Source: Elephas maximus (lineage: Eukaryota). Taken from it: a stretch of 64,000 bases of DNA. Shown piece by piece: positions 35,480-50,509 of the stretch. The stretch lies in NCBI RefSeq assembly GCF_024166365.1, contig NC_064841.1:46375680-46439679 (forward strand). The letters are read 5' to 3'. The notes beneath the pieces were generated by a model, which was given only the letters and a program-made list of their open reading frames with translations, searched no databases and had not been told where the DNA came from. Both the position numbers and the translations under genes were made by a program. Positions within the stretch are counted from its first letter, which is position 1; the number at the start of each line of letters is the position of its first letter.

Positions 35480-38400
35480 AACCACCAAAATTTTTTAGGA
35501 GAGGTAGAGGTAGGTCAGATGGTGGAGTGGTCAGATGCTTCCAGTGGTCCCTCTTACAACAAAGGCCCGAAAAAACAAGTGAATTAATTACGACAGTCTA
35601 GGAGCCCTGAACATCAAAGAAAAAGCAGAGGAATCCGACTGAGTGGTGGCAGAGAGACAGATAGTTCAGAAGCAGTGAGGCGTTGCCAGACCTGACCTGG
35701 CAGGAACTGGCACCTCACAGACCAGATCGCTCGTGCAAGCACGGTGAGACAAACAGTGGCGTCTGGGAAACATTTTTCACATCAGGAGAGACCAAAGTGG
35801 AGGAGAGTTCACTCATGCCTCCCAAATCAGAGAAAAGTGGTGCTCTCAGCATAAGTACGTGCATCTAATCTACCATGCAGACAAAAAAACACCCCTTTGG
35901 AAAAAACTCTCTCCCATTTAACTGACTCCTCCCCACTCTGCACCAGGTCCTAAGGCAGCTTCAGTGACAGTCGCTTTCCTTGGGCTGGAAGTAGGACCTG
36001 TTGTGCACCCTGAGCCATCCTCTCAACCTTGGAAAAGGAATAAATTAACAAAGAGGGGAAAAAATAACCTGCAGGCTCCCCTACACTGGGAACTCAGGGC
36101 AGAAATAGCTCCTTTGCCTAGGCACAGGCATAAGTGGTCCACGGATTTTGAATGCCTTTCACCACTGCAAAGATTGGTGTGGGCCCATTTCAACAGCACA
36201 GTACAACAGGGTATATGCCAGAATTCTAACTTCAATGGTTTCAGCTATATGGTGGATAGGCAGGTTTGTGATGTTTGACACCACTCTACCTATTAAGCAA
36301 GGTCCTTGCCTACCCACATCAGGGGCCTGAGGACTGGCGGCTTTGCCCATGGCACCTAGCCATTTTAGAGAGGGGTCCAAGGAAAAGTGGTGCCTCCCAG
36401 TCCTTAGAGCCAACAGCACTGGGTACCCATAGTATGGATGCAAAACCCAAAACCCACCCATCTAGGAGCTCTAGGGAACAGGGATAGGCTTTCCTCACAA
36501 ACACTCAGGGGTGGTTGTCAGTCCCCTGCCTTGCTGAACGTGTGATGCCCTACTGCAGCCAGATACCTGTGCCTACACCAATCATCCATGCTTGTCGAAG
36601 GCTGCAAGTGAGAGCCTGCACCACACACCTGGGGACAGACTACCTGGACACTTGAGCTGAATCCATACAAGAAAAGTAAATGGATTCCTGGGCTCATATA
36701 CCTATTAACAGTTCTAACCACCTAGTGACAGGGTGTTAGGTGCCAATAATCAAATCAGCTCATTCAAGCAACCTATTTGGGCAAATCAGAACAAAACGAA
36801 ACAAGAAGCTAGGACATAGTAAGCAAACATAAAATAATATAGTAACTTATTGATGGCTCGGAGACAACAGTCAATATCAAATCACATAAAAAGGAGGAAG
36901 ATGATGGCTTCAGCAAGCTCCCAAAACAAAAAATTGAGAAACCTTCCAGATGAAGATAAATTCCTGGAACTACCAGAGGTAGAATACAAAAGAGAAATAC
37001 ACAGAACTCTTAAAGACACCAGGAACGAGATCAGGAAAAACACAGTACATGCTAAGGAACACACAGACATAGCATTAGAGGAACTTAAGAAGATTAGAGA
37101 AGTACATAATGAAAATTTAATACCCTTCAAGAATCCATAGAGAGGCAGAAAACAAAAATTCAGAAGATTAACAGTAAAATTTCGAAATTAGGCAACTCAA
37201 TAGAAAGTCATAAGAGCAGAATTGAGGAAATGGAAGTCAAAATACATGACACTGAAGATAAAGCACCTAACAAGAACATATTTGAGGAAAAACCTGATAA
37301 AGGAATTAAAAAAAATGAAGAAACCCTAAGAATTATGTGGGTCTCTATCAAGAAAAATAAAGGAGTGATTAGAATACCAGAACACAGGGGGATAACAGAA
37401 AATACTGAGAGAATTGTTGAAGATTTGTTGGCAGAAAACTTCCCTGATATCCTGAAAGATGAGAAGATATCTACCCAAGATGCTCATCGAACCCCATACA
37501 AGGTAGATTCCAAAAGAAAGTCACCAAGACATATTATAATCAAACTCACCAAAACCAAAGATAAAGACAGAATTTTAAGAGCAGCTAGGGATAAACAAAA
37601 AGGCAACTACAAAGGAGAGTCAATAAGACTAAGCTTGGACTACTCAGCGAAAACCATGCAGGCAAGAAGGCAATAGGATGACATATATAAAGCCTTGAAT
37701 GAAAAAAATTGCAAGCCAAGAATTATAAATCCAGCACAACTATCTATCGAATATGAAGGCAAATTAGGACATTTCCAGATAAACAGAATTTTAGAGAATT
37801 TGCAAAACCCAAACTAAAATTACAAGAAATACTAAAGAGAGTCCCCTGTTAAATATCAGTAACATCAGATAACAACCAAAGACTAGAATACAGGGCAGGG
37901 CAACTAGATATTACCTCACAGAGAGGGAATTCTCAAAAATAAATCAAAGCTAAAATGCTCAAAATAGGGAAACAAAGATATCATTATATAAAACAATGAT
38001 GTCTTTTAATGACAATATGAAATCAAAAAAGAGGGACTAAAAATGTAGTCACAGCTCTTTCATATGGAGAGGAAGTCAAGGCAACATAAAGAAATAAAAT
38101 ATTAAGGTAACACAAAGGAAACTAAAAAACCTAAACATCAAAATAAAAACTGAGAAAAGCATAAAGACTTAGCAAATACAAAAACAACAATAATGAAAAA
38201 GTGGAAAAGACAATATATAAAGAAAAATGGCTCACCACAAAAAATTAAGTGGAAAAACAAGTGTAAACAAAACAAAAAAAGACATCAAAATGACACCTTT
38301 AAACTCATACATATTCGTAATTAAGCTGAATGTAAAGGGACTACATACACCAATAAAGAGACAGAGAGTGACAGAACGGATAAAAAAACACAATCTGTCT

Positions 38401-41400
38401 ATATGCTGCCTACAACAGACACACCTCAGACTTAAAGACACAAACAAACTACAGCTCAAAGGAAAGAAAAAAAAATCAAGCAAACAACAGTCAAAAAAAG
38501 GCAAGAGTGGCAATATTAATGTCTGACAAAACACACTTTAAAGGAAAATCTGCCACAAAGGATAAAAAGGACACTATGTAATGATTAAAGGGTCACCATA
38601 CCAGGAGGATATAAACATAATCAAAATTTACACATCTAATAACAAAACTCAAAATTACATAAAACAAACTCTGACAGCATTAAAAAGAGAGATAGATGGC
38701 TCCACAATAATAATAGGAGACTTCAACACACCAATTTCAGTGAAGGACAGAACATCCAGAAAGAAGCTCAATAAAGATACAGAGCATCTAAATGCCATGA
38801 TCCACCAACTTGACCTCATAGACATACATACAACATTCCACCCAAGAGCAGACAAGTATACTTTCTTTTCCAATGCACATGGAATGTTCTCCAGAATAGA
38901 CCATATGTTAGGTCATAAAACAAGCCTTAACAGAATTGAAAAAATCGAAATATTGCAAAGCATCTTTTCTGACCATAAAGCCCTAAAAGTAAAAATCATT
39001 AAACAGAAAAAGCAAGGAAAAAAAAAATCAAACACAATGAAACTGAACCACACCTTGCTCAAAAACAACTGGGTTATAGAATAAATTAAGGACGGAATAA
39101 AGAAATTCACAGAATCAAATGAGAATGAAAACACCTCCTACCAAAGCCTCTGGGACACAGCAAAAGCAGAGCTAAGAGGGCAATTTATATCAATAAATGC
39201 ACACATCCAAAAAGAAGAAAGGGCCAAAATCAAAGAATAATCCCTATAACTCAAACAAATAAAGAGCAGCAAAACAAGACCTTGGGCACCAGATGAAAGC
39301 AAATAATAAAAATTAGAGCAGAATTAAATGAAATAGAGAGCAGAAAAACAATTGAAAGAGTTTAATAGAACCAAAGCTCGTTCTTTGGAAAGGTCACAAT
39401 ATCAACGACCCACTGGCCAAACTGACAAAAGAAAAACAGGAGAGGAAGCAAATACCCTGAATAAGAAATGAGATGCGCGATATCACAACAGACCTAGCTG
39501 AAATTAAAAGAATCATATCAGATTACTGCGAACAATTGTACTTTAACAAATTTGAAAACCTAGAAGAAATGGATGAATTTCTAGAAACACACTACCTACC
39601 TAAACTAACACAAACACAGAACAACTAAATAAACATATAAGAAAAGAAGAGATTGAAAAGGTATTTTAAAAACTAACAATAAAAAAAAAAACACCCTGGC
39701 TCTGACAGCTTCACTGCAGATTTCTACCAAACTTTCAGAGAGGTACTACTGAAGATTATTTAAGAGCATAGAAAATGACAGAATACTCCCAAATTCATTC
39801 TATGAAGCCAGCATACCCCTGATACCAAAACCACATAAAGACAAGGCAAAAAAAGGAAATTACAGATGAATACCCTCATGAACTTAGATGCAAAAAATTC
39901 TGAACAACAGAATTCAACAACATATCAAAAAAATAATTCACCATGACCAAGCGGGGTTCATACTAGTTATGTAGGGATGGATTACCACTGATTGTTTTAT
40001 CAATATAATCCATTACATAATAAAACATAAGACAAGAATCATATCAACTGATGTAGAAAAGGCATTTGAAAAAGTTCAAAACGCATTCATGAGAAAAATC
40101 CTCAGCAAAATAGGAGTAGCAGGGAAATTCCCCAACATAATACAAAGCCAAGAGCCAACATCATCCTAAATGAAGAGTCTGAAGGCATTCCCCTTGAGAA
40201 TGGGAATGAGGCAAGGATGCCCTTTATCACTCTTATTCAACATTGTGCTGGAGGTCCGAGCCAGAGTGATTAAGCTAGAAAAAGAAATAAAGGGCGTCCA
40301 GATTGGTAAGGAAGAAGTAAAAGTATCTCTATTTGCAGATGATATAATCTTATACACAGAAAACCCTAAAGAATCCACAAGAAAACTACTGGAACTAATA
40401 GAAGAGTTCAGCAGTGTATCAGGATACAAGATAAACATACAAAAATCAGTTGGATTCCTCTATAGCAAAAAAGAGAACGTCAAAGAGGATATCAACAAAT
40501 CAATACCTTTTACAATACCCCACAAGAAGATAAAGGGCTTAGGAATAAATCTTACCAGAGATGTACAAGACCTATACAAAGAAAACTATAAGACACTACT
40601 GCAAGAAGCCAAGAGGCCTACATTAGTGGAAAAACATACCTTGCTTACGGATAGGAAGACTCAAAATTCTGAAAATGACTATTCTACCTAAAGCAATCTA
40701 TAGATACAATGCAATCCCGATCCAAATTCCAACGGCATTTTTTAATGACATGGAGAAACAAATCAACAACTTCATATAGAAAGGGAAGAGGCCACAAATA
40801 AGTAAAGCATTACTGAAAAAGAAGAATGAAGTGGGGGGCCTCACACTACCTGATTTTAGAAAATATTATACCACCACAGTAGTCAAAACAACATGGTACT
40901 GGTGCAACAAAAGATACATAGACCAGTGGAACATAACTGAGAATCCAGACATAAATCCATCCACATATGAGCAGCTAATCTTTGATTTCACACAGGCCCA
41001 AAGTCAGTTAAATGGGGAAAAGACAGTTGACAACACTCAGACTGGGAAAAAATTCTTGGCTACGACAAAATCGATCAGTGTCTAATCTGTAATATCTACA
41101 AGATACTGCAAAACAACTAAAAGACAAATAACCCCATTAAAAAATGGAGAAAGGATATGAACAGGCACTTCACCAAAAAAACATTCAGGAAGCAAACAGA
41201 TACATGAGGAAACGTTCATGATCATTAGCCATTAAAAAAAAAACCCAGTGCCATCAAATCGATTCTGACTCAGCGACCCTGTAAGACAGAGTAGAACTGC
41301 CCCATACAGTTTGCAAGGAGCACCCGGCGGATTTGAACTGCCGACCTTTTGGTTAGCAGCCGTAGCACTTAACCACTACACTACCAGGGTTTCCATTAGG

Positions 41401-41440
41401 CATTAGAGAAATGCAAATCAAAATTACAATGAGGAACCCG
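35480..41440 (+). mobile_element. L1 'A', 5' part (5'UTR, ORF1, most of ORF2) of a near-full-length L1. It is interrupted at 41440 by L1 'B' and resumes at 49018.
   Basis: The 5'UTR lies at about 35480-36850. ORF1 spans 36850-37680 and shows ...NFPDILKDEKISTQDAHRTPYKVDSKRKSPRHIIIKLTKTKDKDRILRAARDKQ.... ORF2 spans 38230-41230 with endonuclease and reverse-transcriptase motifs. There are multiple stops and frameshifts. Confidence 0.85.
41228..41398 (-). mobile_element. AfroSINE inserted into ORF2 of L1 'A', with an 11-bp target-site duplication.
   Basis: The SINE sits between the L1 ORF2 residues ...SLAIK and IREMQIKTT.... The duplication cattagccatt appears at 41217-41227 and as cattaggcatt at 41400-41410. 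Confidence 0.8.
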
Positions 41441-44400
41441 GCGTGGCAGAGCCAAGATGGCGGAATAGACAGATGCTTCTGGCGAGCCCTCTTTACAAAC
41501 AAAGACCCAAAAAAACAAGTGAAACGAGTATATCTGTGACAAGCTGGGAGCTCTGAGCATCAAAGGCAAGCTCAGACAATGAACTGAGGGGCAGGGGAAG
41601 GAAGAGATCGTTCAGAAATGGAGAGGAGTTACCAGTCCTGATTCGTGGGGAGCCCTCAGGCACAATTCCCGGAGCAGTGGCAGTGTTGGCGGATTGGTAC
41701 TAGCGTTCAACCGCAGTTTCCTCAGGGAGAACAGCCAGCCACACAGCCTACTCACACCTCTGGAACCTAAGAAGAATGGCACTCTCGGCAAAAGCTAAGT
41801 ACTTGCGTGTATTTTACCGCACCCCTCCAATCCCAAACCGACCTCAGTGGCTGAAACCCTAGGCCTGAGATGGACCCTGGTGAGCACCTAGAGCCATCCT
41901 GCCAGCCTTAGGGAAGGAAAAAATTTGCAATTGGGGGAAAAGATAATTTGCTAGCTCCAGTAACCAGGGGAGCTCAGGACAGAAGCAGCTCCTGTCCAGG
42001 TATAAACCATCCGTGGACCTTAAGCACCTTTCCTTTCTGCATGGACCTGTGTGGGCCTATTTCAGGAAGATAGGCCCTTCTTGGCAGACTCCAACGATTT
42101 CAGCAGTGCGGTGGAGAGGTGGGTGTTTGACGTTTGACATTCCTTTCCCTATTAAACAAGGTCCTCACCTACCCACAACAGGGACCAAAGGACTGGTAGC
42201 TCCACTCAAGTCACCCAGCCACCTGCAACAGTGGTCCAAAGGTAACTGGTACCTCATAGTCCTTACATACAAAAACTTTGGGTGCCCACGGTGCCTCTGC
42301 AGAGCCAACCCACCAGCACGCTCTAGGGAACAGAGACGCATTTTCTTCAGACACCTGGGGGTTGGTTCTCGGCCCCCTGCCTTGTTCAGAGTGTGACCCC
42401 CTGCTGCAATCAGATACCAGTATATACACCAATCACCCCTGCCCCTCTAAGACTGTAGGACAGAGCCTGTACGACACACTTGATGATCAGCTACCTGGGA
42501 ACCTGAGCTGAATTCATACAAGAAAACTGAATGGACTCCTAGACTGATATACTTGACAACAGCTCTAGCCACCTGGGGACAAGACACCAGAGCTCCAAAG
42601 ACAAAAATAATCAAGCTAGCTCACTCAAGCAACCCATAGGGGTATAACAAAACAAAACAAAGCAAGCAGCTACGACACAGTAAGAAAGCATAAACTAATA
42701 CAATAACTTATAGATAGATGGTTCAGAGACAAGAGTCAATATCAAGTCACATAAAGAAACAGACCAAAATCACCTCAACAGGCTCTCAAAACAAAGAACA
42801 CTCGGATCTTCTGGTGAAAGTGCATTCCTGGAATTACCAGATGCAGAATACAAAAGTTTAATATACAGAACCCTTCAAGACACCACGAAGGAAATGAGGC
42901 AATACGCAGAACACGCAAAGGAACACACAGATAAAGCAACTGAAGAAATTACAAATATTATTCAGGAACATAATGAAAAGTTTAATAAGCTGGAAAAACA
43001 CATAGACAGACAGCAATCAGAAATTCAGAAGATTAACAATAAAATTACAGAATTAGATAACTCAACAGAAAGTCAGAAAGTCAGAGGAGTAGAATTGAGC
43101 AAGTAGAAGCTAGAATTTCTAAACTCGAAGATAAATAACTTGGCACAAATATATTTGAAGAAAAATCAGATAAAAGAATTAAAAAAAATGAAGAAACCTT
43201 AAGAATCATGTGGGACTCTATCAAGAGAAATAACCTACGAATGATTGGAGTACCAGAACAGGATTTAACAGAAAATACGGAGAAAATTGTTGAAGATTTG
43301 TTGGCAGAAAACTTCCCTGATATTGTGAAAGATGAGAAGATATCTACCCAAGATGCTCATCGAACTCCACATAAGGTAGATCTTAAAAGAAACTCACCAA
43401 GACATAATTAAAGTTGCCAAAACTAAACACAAAAAGACAATTTTAAGAGCAGCAACGGATAAACGAAAAGTCACCTACAAAGGAGACCAAATAAGAATAA
43501 GCTCGGAATACTCGGCAGAAACCATTCAGGCAAGAAGGCAATGGGATAACATATGTAAAAAACTGAAGGAAAAAAATGGCCAGTCAAGAATCATATATTC
43601 ATCAAAACTGTCTCTTAAATATGAAGGTGAAATTAAGACATTTCCAGATAAACACAAGTTGAGGGAATTCATAAAAACCAAACCAAAACTATGAGAAATA
43701 CTAAAGGGAGTTCTTTGGTTAGAAAATCAATAATATCAGGTATCAACCCAAGACTAGAACACTGGGCAGAGCAACCAGAAGTCAACCCAGACAGGGATAT
43801 CCAAAAAAACAAAGCAAGATTATTAAAAAAAAAAAAAAGCCCCAAACGTGGTAAGAGAGATGTTACTATATAAAAGAAGACAACATTAAAATAATAAAGA
43901 GGGACTAAGAAATGTAATCACACATGTTCCACACGGAGAGGAAGATGCGGCGATACAAAGAAATAAAAGTTAGTTTTAAATTTAGAAAAATAGGGGTAAA
44001 TCATCAGGTAACCACAAAGGAGACAAACTATCCTACTCATCAAAATAAAATACAAGGGAAAATACAGACTCAGCAGAAATAAAATTACCGAACAACAAAT
44101 ATGAAGAAAAGACAATATATAAAGAAAATCTACTCAGCACATGAAATCAAGGGGGAAAAGGAAACTGTCAACACACAAAAAAAGACATCAAAATGATAGC
44201 ACTGAATTCATACCTATCCATAATTACCCTGAATGTAAATGGGCTAAATGCACCAATAAAGACACAGAGAGTGGCAGGATGGATTAAAAAACAAGATCCG
44301 TCTATATGCTGCCTACAAGAGACACACCTTAGACTTAGAGACATAAACAAACTAAAACTCAAAGGATGGAAAAAATATATCAAGCAAACAACAATCAAAA

Positions 44401-47400
44401 AAGAGCAGGAGTGGCAATATTAATTTCTGACAAAATAGACTTTCAAGTTAAATCCATCAGAAAGGATAAGGAAGGACACTATATAATGATTAAAGGGACA
44501 ATACACCAAGAAGATATAACCATATTAAATATTTATGCACCCAATGACAGGGCTGCAAGATACAGAAAACAATCTCTATCAGCATTGAAAAGTGAGATAG
44601 ACAGCTCCACAATAATAGTAGGAGACTTCAACATACCACTTTCAGTGAAGGACAGGACATCCAGAAAGAAGCTCAATAAAGGCATGGAACATCTAAATGC
44701 CACAATCAACCAACGTGACCTCGTAGACATATACAGAACACTCCACCCAACAGCAACTAAGTATACTTTCTTTTCTAGGGCACATGGAACATTCTCTAGA
44801 ATAGACCACATATTAGGTCATAAAGCAAGCCTTAGCAGAATCCAAAACATTAAAATATTACAAAGCAATTGCTCTGACCATAAGGCAATAAAAGTGGAAA
44901 TCTATAGCAGGAAAAGGACGGAAAAGAAATCAAACACCCGGAAACTGAACAATACCCAGCTCAAAAAAAACTGGATTATATAAGACATTAAGGATGGAAT
45001 AAAGAAATTCTGAGAATCCAATGAGAATGAAAACATATCCTATCAGAACCTTTGGGACACAGCAAAAGCAGTGCTCAGAGGCCAATTTATATCAATAAAT
45101 GCACACATTCAAAGGAAGAAAGGGCCAAAATCAAAGAATTAATCCTACAACTTGAACAAATAGAAAGAGAGCAACAAAAGAGACCCACAGGCACCAGAAG
45201 AAAACAAATAATAAAAATTAGAGCTGAACTAAATAAAATAAATAGAAAACACAAAAACAAGTGAAAGAATTAATAAGACCAAAAGCTGTTTTTTTTTTTT
45301 TTTTTTCAAATCAACAAAATTGATAAACCACTGGTCAAACTGACAAAAGAAAAACAGGAGAGGAAGCAAATAACCCAAATAAGAAACGAGATGGGCGATA
45401 TTACAACAGACCCAACTGAAATGAAAAGAATCATATCAGATTACTATGAAAAACTATACTCAAACAAATTTGAAAACCTAGAAGAAATGGATGCATTCCT
45501 AGAAACACACCACCTACCTAAACTAACACAAACAGAGGTAGAACAACTAAATAGACCCATAACCAAAGAAGAGATTGAAAAGGTAATCAAAAAACTCCCA
45601 ACAATAAAAAAAGCCCTGGTCCGGACGGCTTCACTGCAGAGTTCTACCAAACTTCCAGAGATGAGTTAACATCACTACTACTAAAGGTATTTCTGAGCAT
45701 AGAAAAGAACGGAATGCTACTAAACTCATTCCACGAAGCCACCATATCCCTGATACCAAAACCAGGTAAAGAACGACAAAAAAAGAAAATTACAGACCTA
45801 TATCCCTCATGAATGTACATGCAAAAATCCTGAACAAAATTCTAGCCAATAGAATTCAACAACATACAAAAAATAATTCACCATGACCAAGCGGAATTCA
45901 TAACAGGTATGCAGGGATGATTCAACATTAGAAAACCAATTAATGTAATCCACCATATAAATAAAAGAAAAGACAAGAATCACATGATTTTATCAACTGA
46001 TGCAGAAAAGGCATTTGACAATGTTCAGCACTCATGAGTGATAAAAACTCTCAGCAAAATAGGAATAGTAGGAAAATTCCTCAACATATTAAAGGGCATT
46101 TATACAAAGCCAACAGCCAACATCACCCTAAATGTAGAGAGCCTGAAAATATTCCCATTGAGATCAGGAAGCAGACAAGGATGCCCTTTATCACCATTCT
46201 TATTCAATATTGTGTTGGAAGTCCTAGCCAGAGCAATTAGGCTAGATAAAGAAATATAGGCCATCCAGATTGGCAAGGAAGAAGTTAAAGTATCTCTATT
46301 TGCAGATGAGATGATCTTATACACAGAAAACCCTATGGAATCCTCCAGAAAACTACTGAAACTAATAGAAGAGTTCAGCAGAGTATCGGGATACAAGATA
46401 AACATACAAAAATCAGCTGGATACCGATACACCAACAAAAAGAACATCATAGGGGATATCACCAAATCAATGCCATTTACAGTAGCCCCCAAGAAAATAA
46501 AATATTTAGGAATAAATCTTTCCAGAGAAATAAAAGACAAAGAAAACTATAGTACAGTTCTGCAAGAAACCGAAAGAGACTTACATAAGTGGACGAACAT
46601 ACCTTGCTCATGGATAGGAAGACTTAACATAAAAAAAAAAAAAATCTATTCTACCCAAAGCAATCTATACATTTAATGCAATTCCAATCCAAATCCCAAC
46701 GACATTCTTTAATGAGATGAAGAATCCAATCACCAACTTTATATGGAAGGGAAAGAGGCCCCGGATTAATAAGGCATTACTGAAAAAGAAGAACAAAGTG
46801 GGAGGCCTTACTTTACCTGATTTTAGAACCTATTATACTGCCACGGTAGTCAAAACAGCCTGGTACTGGTACAATAACAGAACAGATACATGGACCAATG
46901 GAACAGAATTGAGAATCCAGACACAAATCCATCCACATATGAGCGGCTGATATTTGACAAAGGCCCCAAACAGTTAAATGCGGAAAAGACAGTCTTTTTA
47001 ACAAATGGTGCTGGCATAACTGGATATCCATCTGCAAAAAAATGAAACAAGACCCATACCTCACTCCATGCACAAAAACTAACTCAAAATGGATCAAAGA
47101 CCAAAACATAAAATCTAAAACAATAAAGATCATGGAAAAAAAAAATACAGACAACATTAGCAGCCTCAATACATGACATAAACAGAATACAAAACATTAA
47201 AAAGAATGTAGAAGAAAAACTAGATAACTGGGAGCTCCTAAAAATCAAGCACCTATGCTCATCCAAAGACTTCACCAGAAGAGTAAAAAGTCTACCTACA
47301 GGCTGCGAAAAAGTTTTTAGCTATGACATTTCTGATCAGCGTCTGATCTCTAAAATCTACATGAAACTGCAAACAGACAAATAACCCAACTAAAAAATGG

Positions 47401-49018
47401 GCAAAAGATATGAATACACACTTCACTAAAGAAGACATTCAGGTAACTAACAGATATATGGGGAAATGTTCAGGATCATTAGCCATTACAGAAATGCAGA
47501 TCAAAACTACAATGAAATTTCATCTCACTCCAAAAAGGCTGGCAGTAATCCAAAAAACACAAAACAATAAATGCTGGAGACGCTGTGGAGAGATTGGACT
47601 TATACACTGCTGGTGGGAATGTAAAATGGTACAACCATTTTGGAAATCGATTTGGTGTTTCCTTATAAAGGTAGAAATAGAACTACCATACGATCCAGCA
47701 ATCCCACTCCTTGGAATATATCCTAGAGAAATAAGAGCCTTTACATGAACAGATATATGCACACCCATGTTTACTGCAGCACTGTTTACAATAGCAAAAA
47801 GCTGGAAGCAACCAAAGTCCCCATCAACAGATGAATGGATAAATAAATTATGGTATATTCACACAATGGAATACTACGCATCGATAAAGAACAGTGAGGA
47901 ACCTGTGAAACATTTCATAACATGGAGGAACCTGGAAGGCATTATGCTGACTGAAATTAGTCAGTTGCAAAGGACAAATATTGTATAAGACCACTATTAT
48001 AAGAACTTGAGAAATAGTTTAAACTGAGAAGAAAACATTCTTTTGTGGTTAAGAGAGGCGGGAGGGAGGGAGGGTAGGAGAGGGACATTCACTAATTAGA
48101 TAGTAGATAAGAACTACTTCAGGTGAAGTGAAAGACCAAATACAACACAGGGGAGCTCAGCATCTCTGGACTAAACCAAAAGCAAGGAAGTTTCCTGAAT
48201 AAACTGAATGCTTCAAAGGCCAGCGTAGCAGGGGCAGGGGTCTGGGGACCATGGTTTCAGGGGACATCTAAGTCAACTGGCATAATAAAATCTATTAACA
48301 AAACATTCTGCATCCTACTTTGAAGAGTGGCATCTGGGGTCTTAAATGCTAGCAAGCAGCCATCTAAGATGCATCAATTGGTCTCAACCCACCTGGATCA
48401 AAGGAGAATGAAGAACACCAAGGGCACAAGTCGATTACAAGCCCAAGAGACAGAAGGGGCCACATGAACCAGAGACTACATCATCCTGAGACCAGAAGAA
48501 CTAGACGGTGCCTGGCTACAACCGATGACTACCATGACAGAGAACACAACAGAGAGAGCCCTGGAGGGAGCAGGAGAGCAGTGGGATGCAGACGCCAAAT
48601 GCTCATAAAAACACCAGACTTAATGGTCTGACTGAGACTAGAAGGACCCCAGTGGTCATGGCCCCAGACCTTCTGTTGGCCCAGGACAGGAACCATTCCC
48701 AAAGCCAACTCTTCAAGACACGGACTGGACTGGACAATGGGTTGGAGAGGGATGCTGGTGAGGAGTGAGCTTCTTGGATCAGGTGGACACTTGAGAATAT
48801 GTTGGCATCTCCTACCTGGACGGGAGATGAGAGGGTGGAGGGGGTTAGAAGCTGGTGAAATGGACACGAAAAGACAGAGTGGAGGGAGAGAACAGGCTGT
48901 CTCATTAGTGGGAGAGTGATTGGGAGTGTGCAGCAAGGTGTATATCAGTTTTTGTGTGAGAGACTGACTTGATTTGTAAACTTTCACTTAAAGCACAATA
49001 AAAAATTATTTTAAAAAA
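41440..49018 (+). mobile_element. L1 'B', a full-length L1 of about 7.6 kb (5'UTR, ORF1, ORF2, 1-kb 3'UTR, poly(A)) nested inside L1 'A'. It is not coding-competent.
   Basis: The 5'UTR (41440-42890) is homologous to 35480-36850. ORF1 remnants lie at 42894-43900, ORF2 at 44190-47990 (DHILGHK endonuclease, QGCPLSP reverse transcriptase, a fragmented YADD box (..FADEMI..), CWWEC zinc knuckle), the 3'UTR at 47990-49010, and the A-tract at 49010-49020. ORF1 and ORF2 carry many stops. Target-site duplications (a)aaattacaatgag sit at 41427-41440 and 49019-49032. Confidence 0.85.
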
Positions 49019-50505
49019 TTACAATGAGATTCCATCTCACAACAGCAAGGCTGGCATTAATCCAAAAAACACCAAAAAATTAATAAATGTTGGAGAGGTT
49101 GTGGAGAGACTGGAACACTTGTACACTGCTAGTGGGAATGTAAAACAGTACAACTACTTTGGAAATCGATCTGACACTTCCTCAAAAAACTAGAAACAGA
49201 ACTACCATATAATCCAGGAATCCCATTCCTTGATTTCATATCCTAGAGAATAAAAGCCCTCACAGGAATAGATACATGCACATCCATATTCATTGCAGCA
49301 CTGTTTACAATAGCAAAAATATAGAAACAACCAAGGTCCCCTTCAATGGATGAATGGATAAATAAATTATGGTATATCCACACAATGGAATACTATGCAA
49401 CCATAAAGAGCAACAATGAACCCTTGAAACATCTCATAACATGGAGGAATCTGGAAGGCATTATGCTGAGTAAAAGTAACCAGTCACAGAAGGACAAATA
49501 TTGTATGAGATCACTATTATAAGAACTCAGGAAAAGGTATAAATGCAGAAGAAAACATTCTTTGATAGTTACGAGTGTGGGGTGCAAGGTAGGGGGTATT
49601 CATTAATTAAATAGTAGACAAGAATTATTCTAGGTGATGGGACGGACAATACACAATAAAAGGGAAGTCAGCACAACTGGACTAAACAAAAAACTAAGAA
49701 GTTTCCTGAATACAACCAAACAGTTTGAGGGACACAGTAGTAGTCTGGTGACTATTGTTTCAGGGGACACCTAGGTCAACTGGCATAACAAAGGGTACTA
49801 AGAAAACGTTCTGCATCCCAGTTTGGTGTGTGGCATCTGGGGTGTTAAAAGCCAGCAAGCAGCCATCTAAGACACATCAATTAGTCTCAACCCACTGGGA
49901 GCAAAGAATAATGAAGAATACCAAAGACACAAGGAAAATATGAGCCCAAGAGAAAGAAAGGGCCACATAAACCAAAGACTTCATCTGCCTGAGACCAGAA
50001 GAACTAGACGATGCCTGGCTACCACCGAAGACCAGCCTTACAGGGAATACAACAGATGGAGCAGGAGAAAAGTGAGTTGCAGGCCTCAAATTCTAGTAAA
50101 AAGACCAGACTTAATGGTCTGACTGAGACTGGAGGGATCCCAGAGGTCATGGCTCCCAGATTCTGTTAGCCCAAAACTAAAACCATTCCCGAGGCAAACT
50201 CTTCAGACAAAGATTAGACTTAACTATAAGACAGAAAATGATGCTGTGAGGAGTGTGCTTCTTAGCTCAAGTAGACACATGAGACTATGTGGACAGTTCC
50301 TTTCTGGATGTGAGATGAGAAGGCAGAGGGGGACAGGAGCTGGTTGAATGGACACGGGAAATACAGGATGGAGAGAAGGAGTGTGCTGTCACATTGCAGG
50401 GAGAGCAACTAGGGTTACATAACAATGTGTGTATAAATTCTTGTATGAGAAACTGACTTGAATTGTAAACTTTCACCTACAGTACAATAAAAAAGGAAAA
50501 AAATT
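49018..50505 (+). mobile_element. L1 'A', 3' part (ORF2 C-terminus and 3'UTR) resuming after the L1 'B' insertion.
   Basis: It resumes exactly in ORF2 (...[10 protein letters not shown]|RFHLTTARLALIQKTPKN...). The 3'UTR ends ...gaaactgacttgaattgtaaactttcacctacagtacaataaaaaagg. Confidence 0.85.
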
Positions 50506-50509
50506 TTTT

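Noticed and set aside
36850-47990. Many medium-length ORFs in the track (e.g. 37230..37676, 38581..39084, 40170..40691, 44366..44983, 47410..47748, 36850..37140).
   Set aside because: These are L1 ORF1p/ORF2p fragments (endonuclease, reverse transcriptase, zinc knuckle) broken by stops and frameshifts. They are transposon remnants, not host genes.
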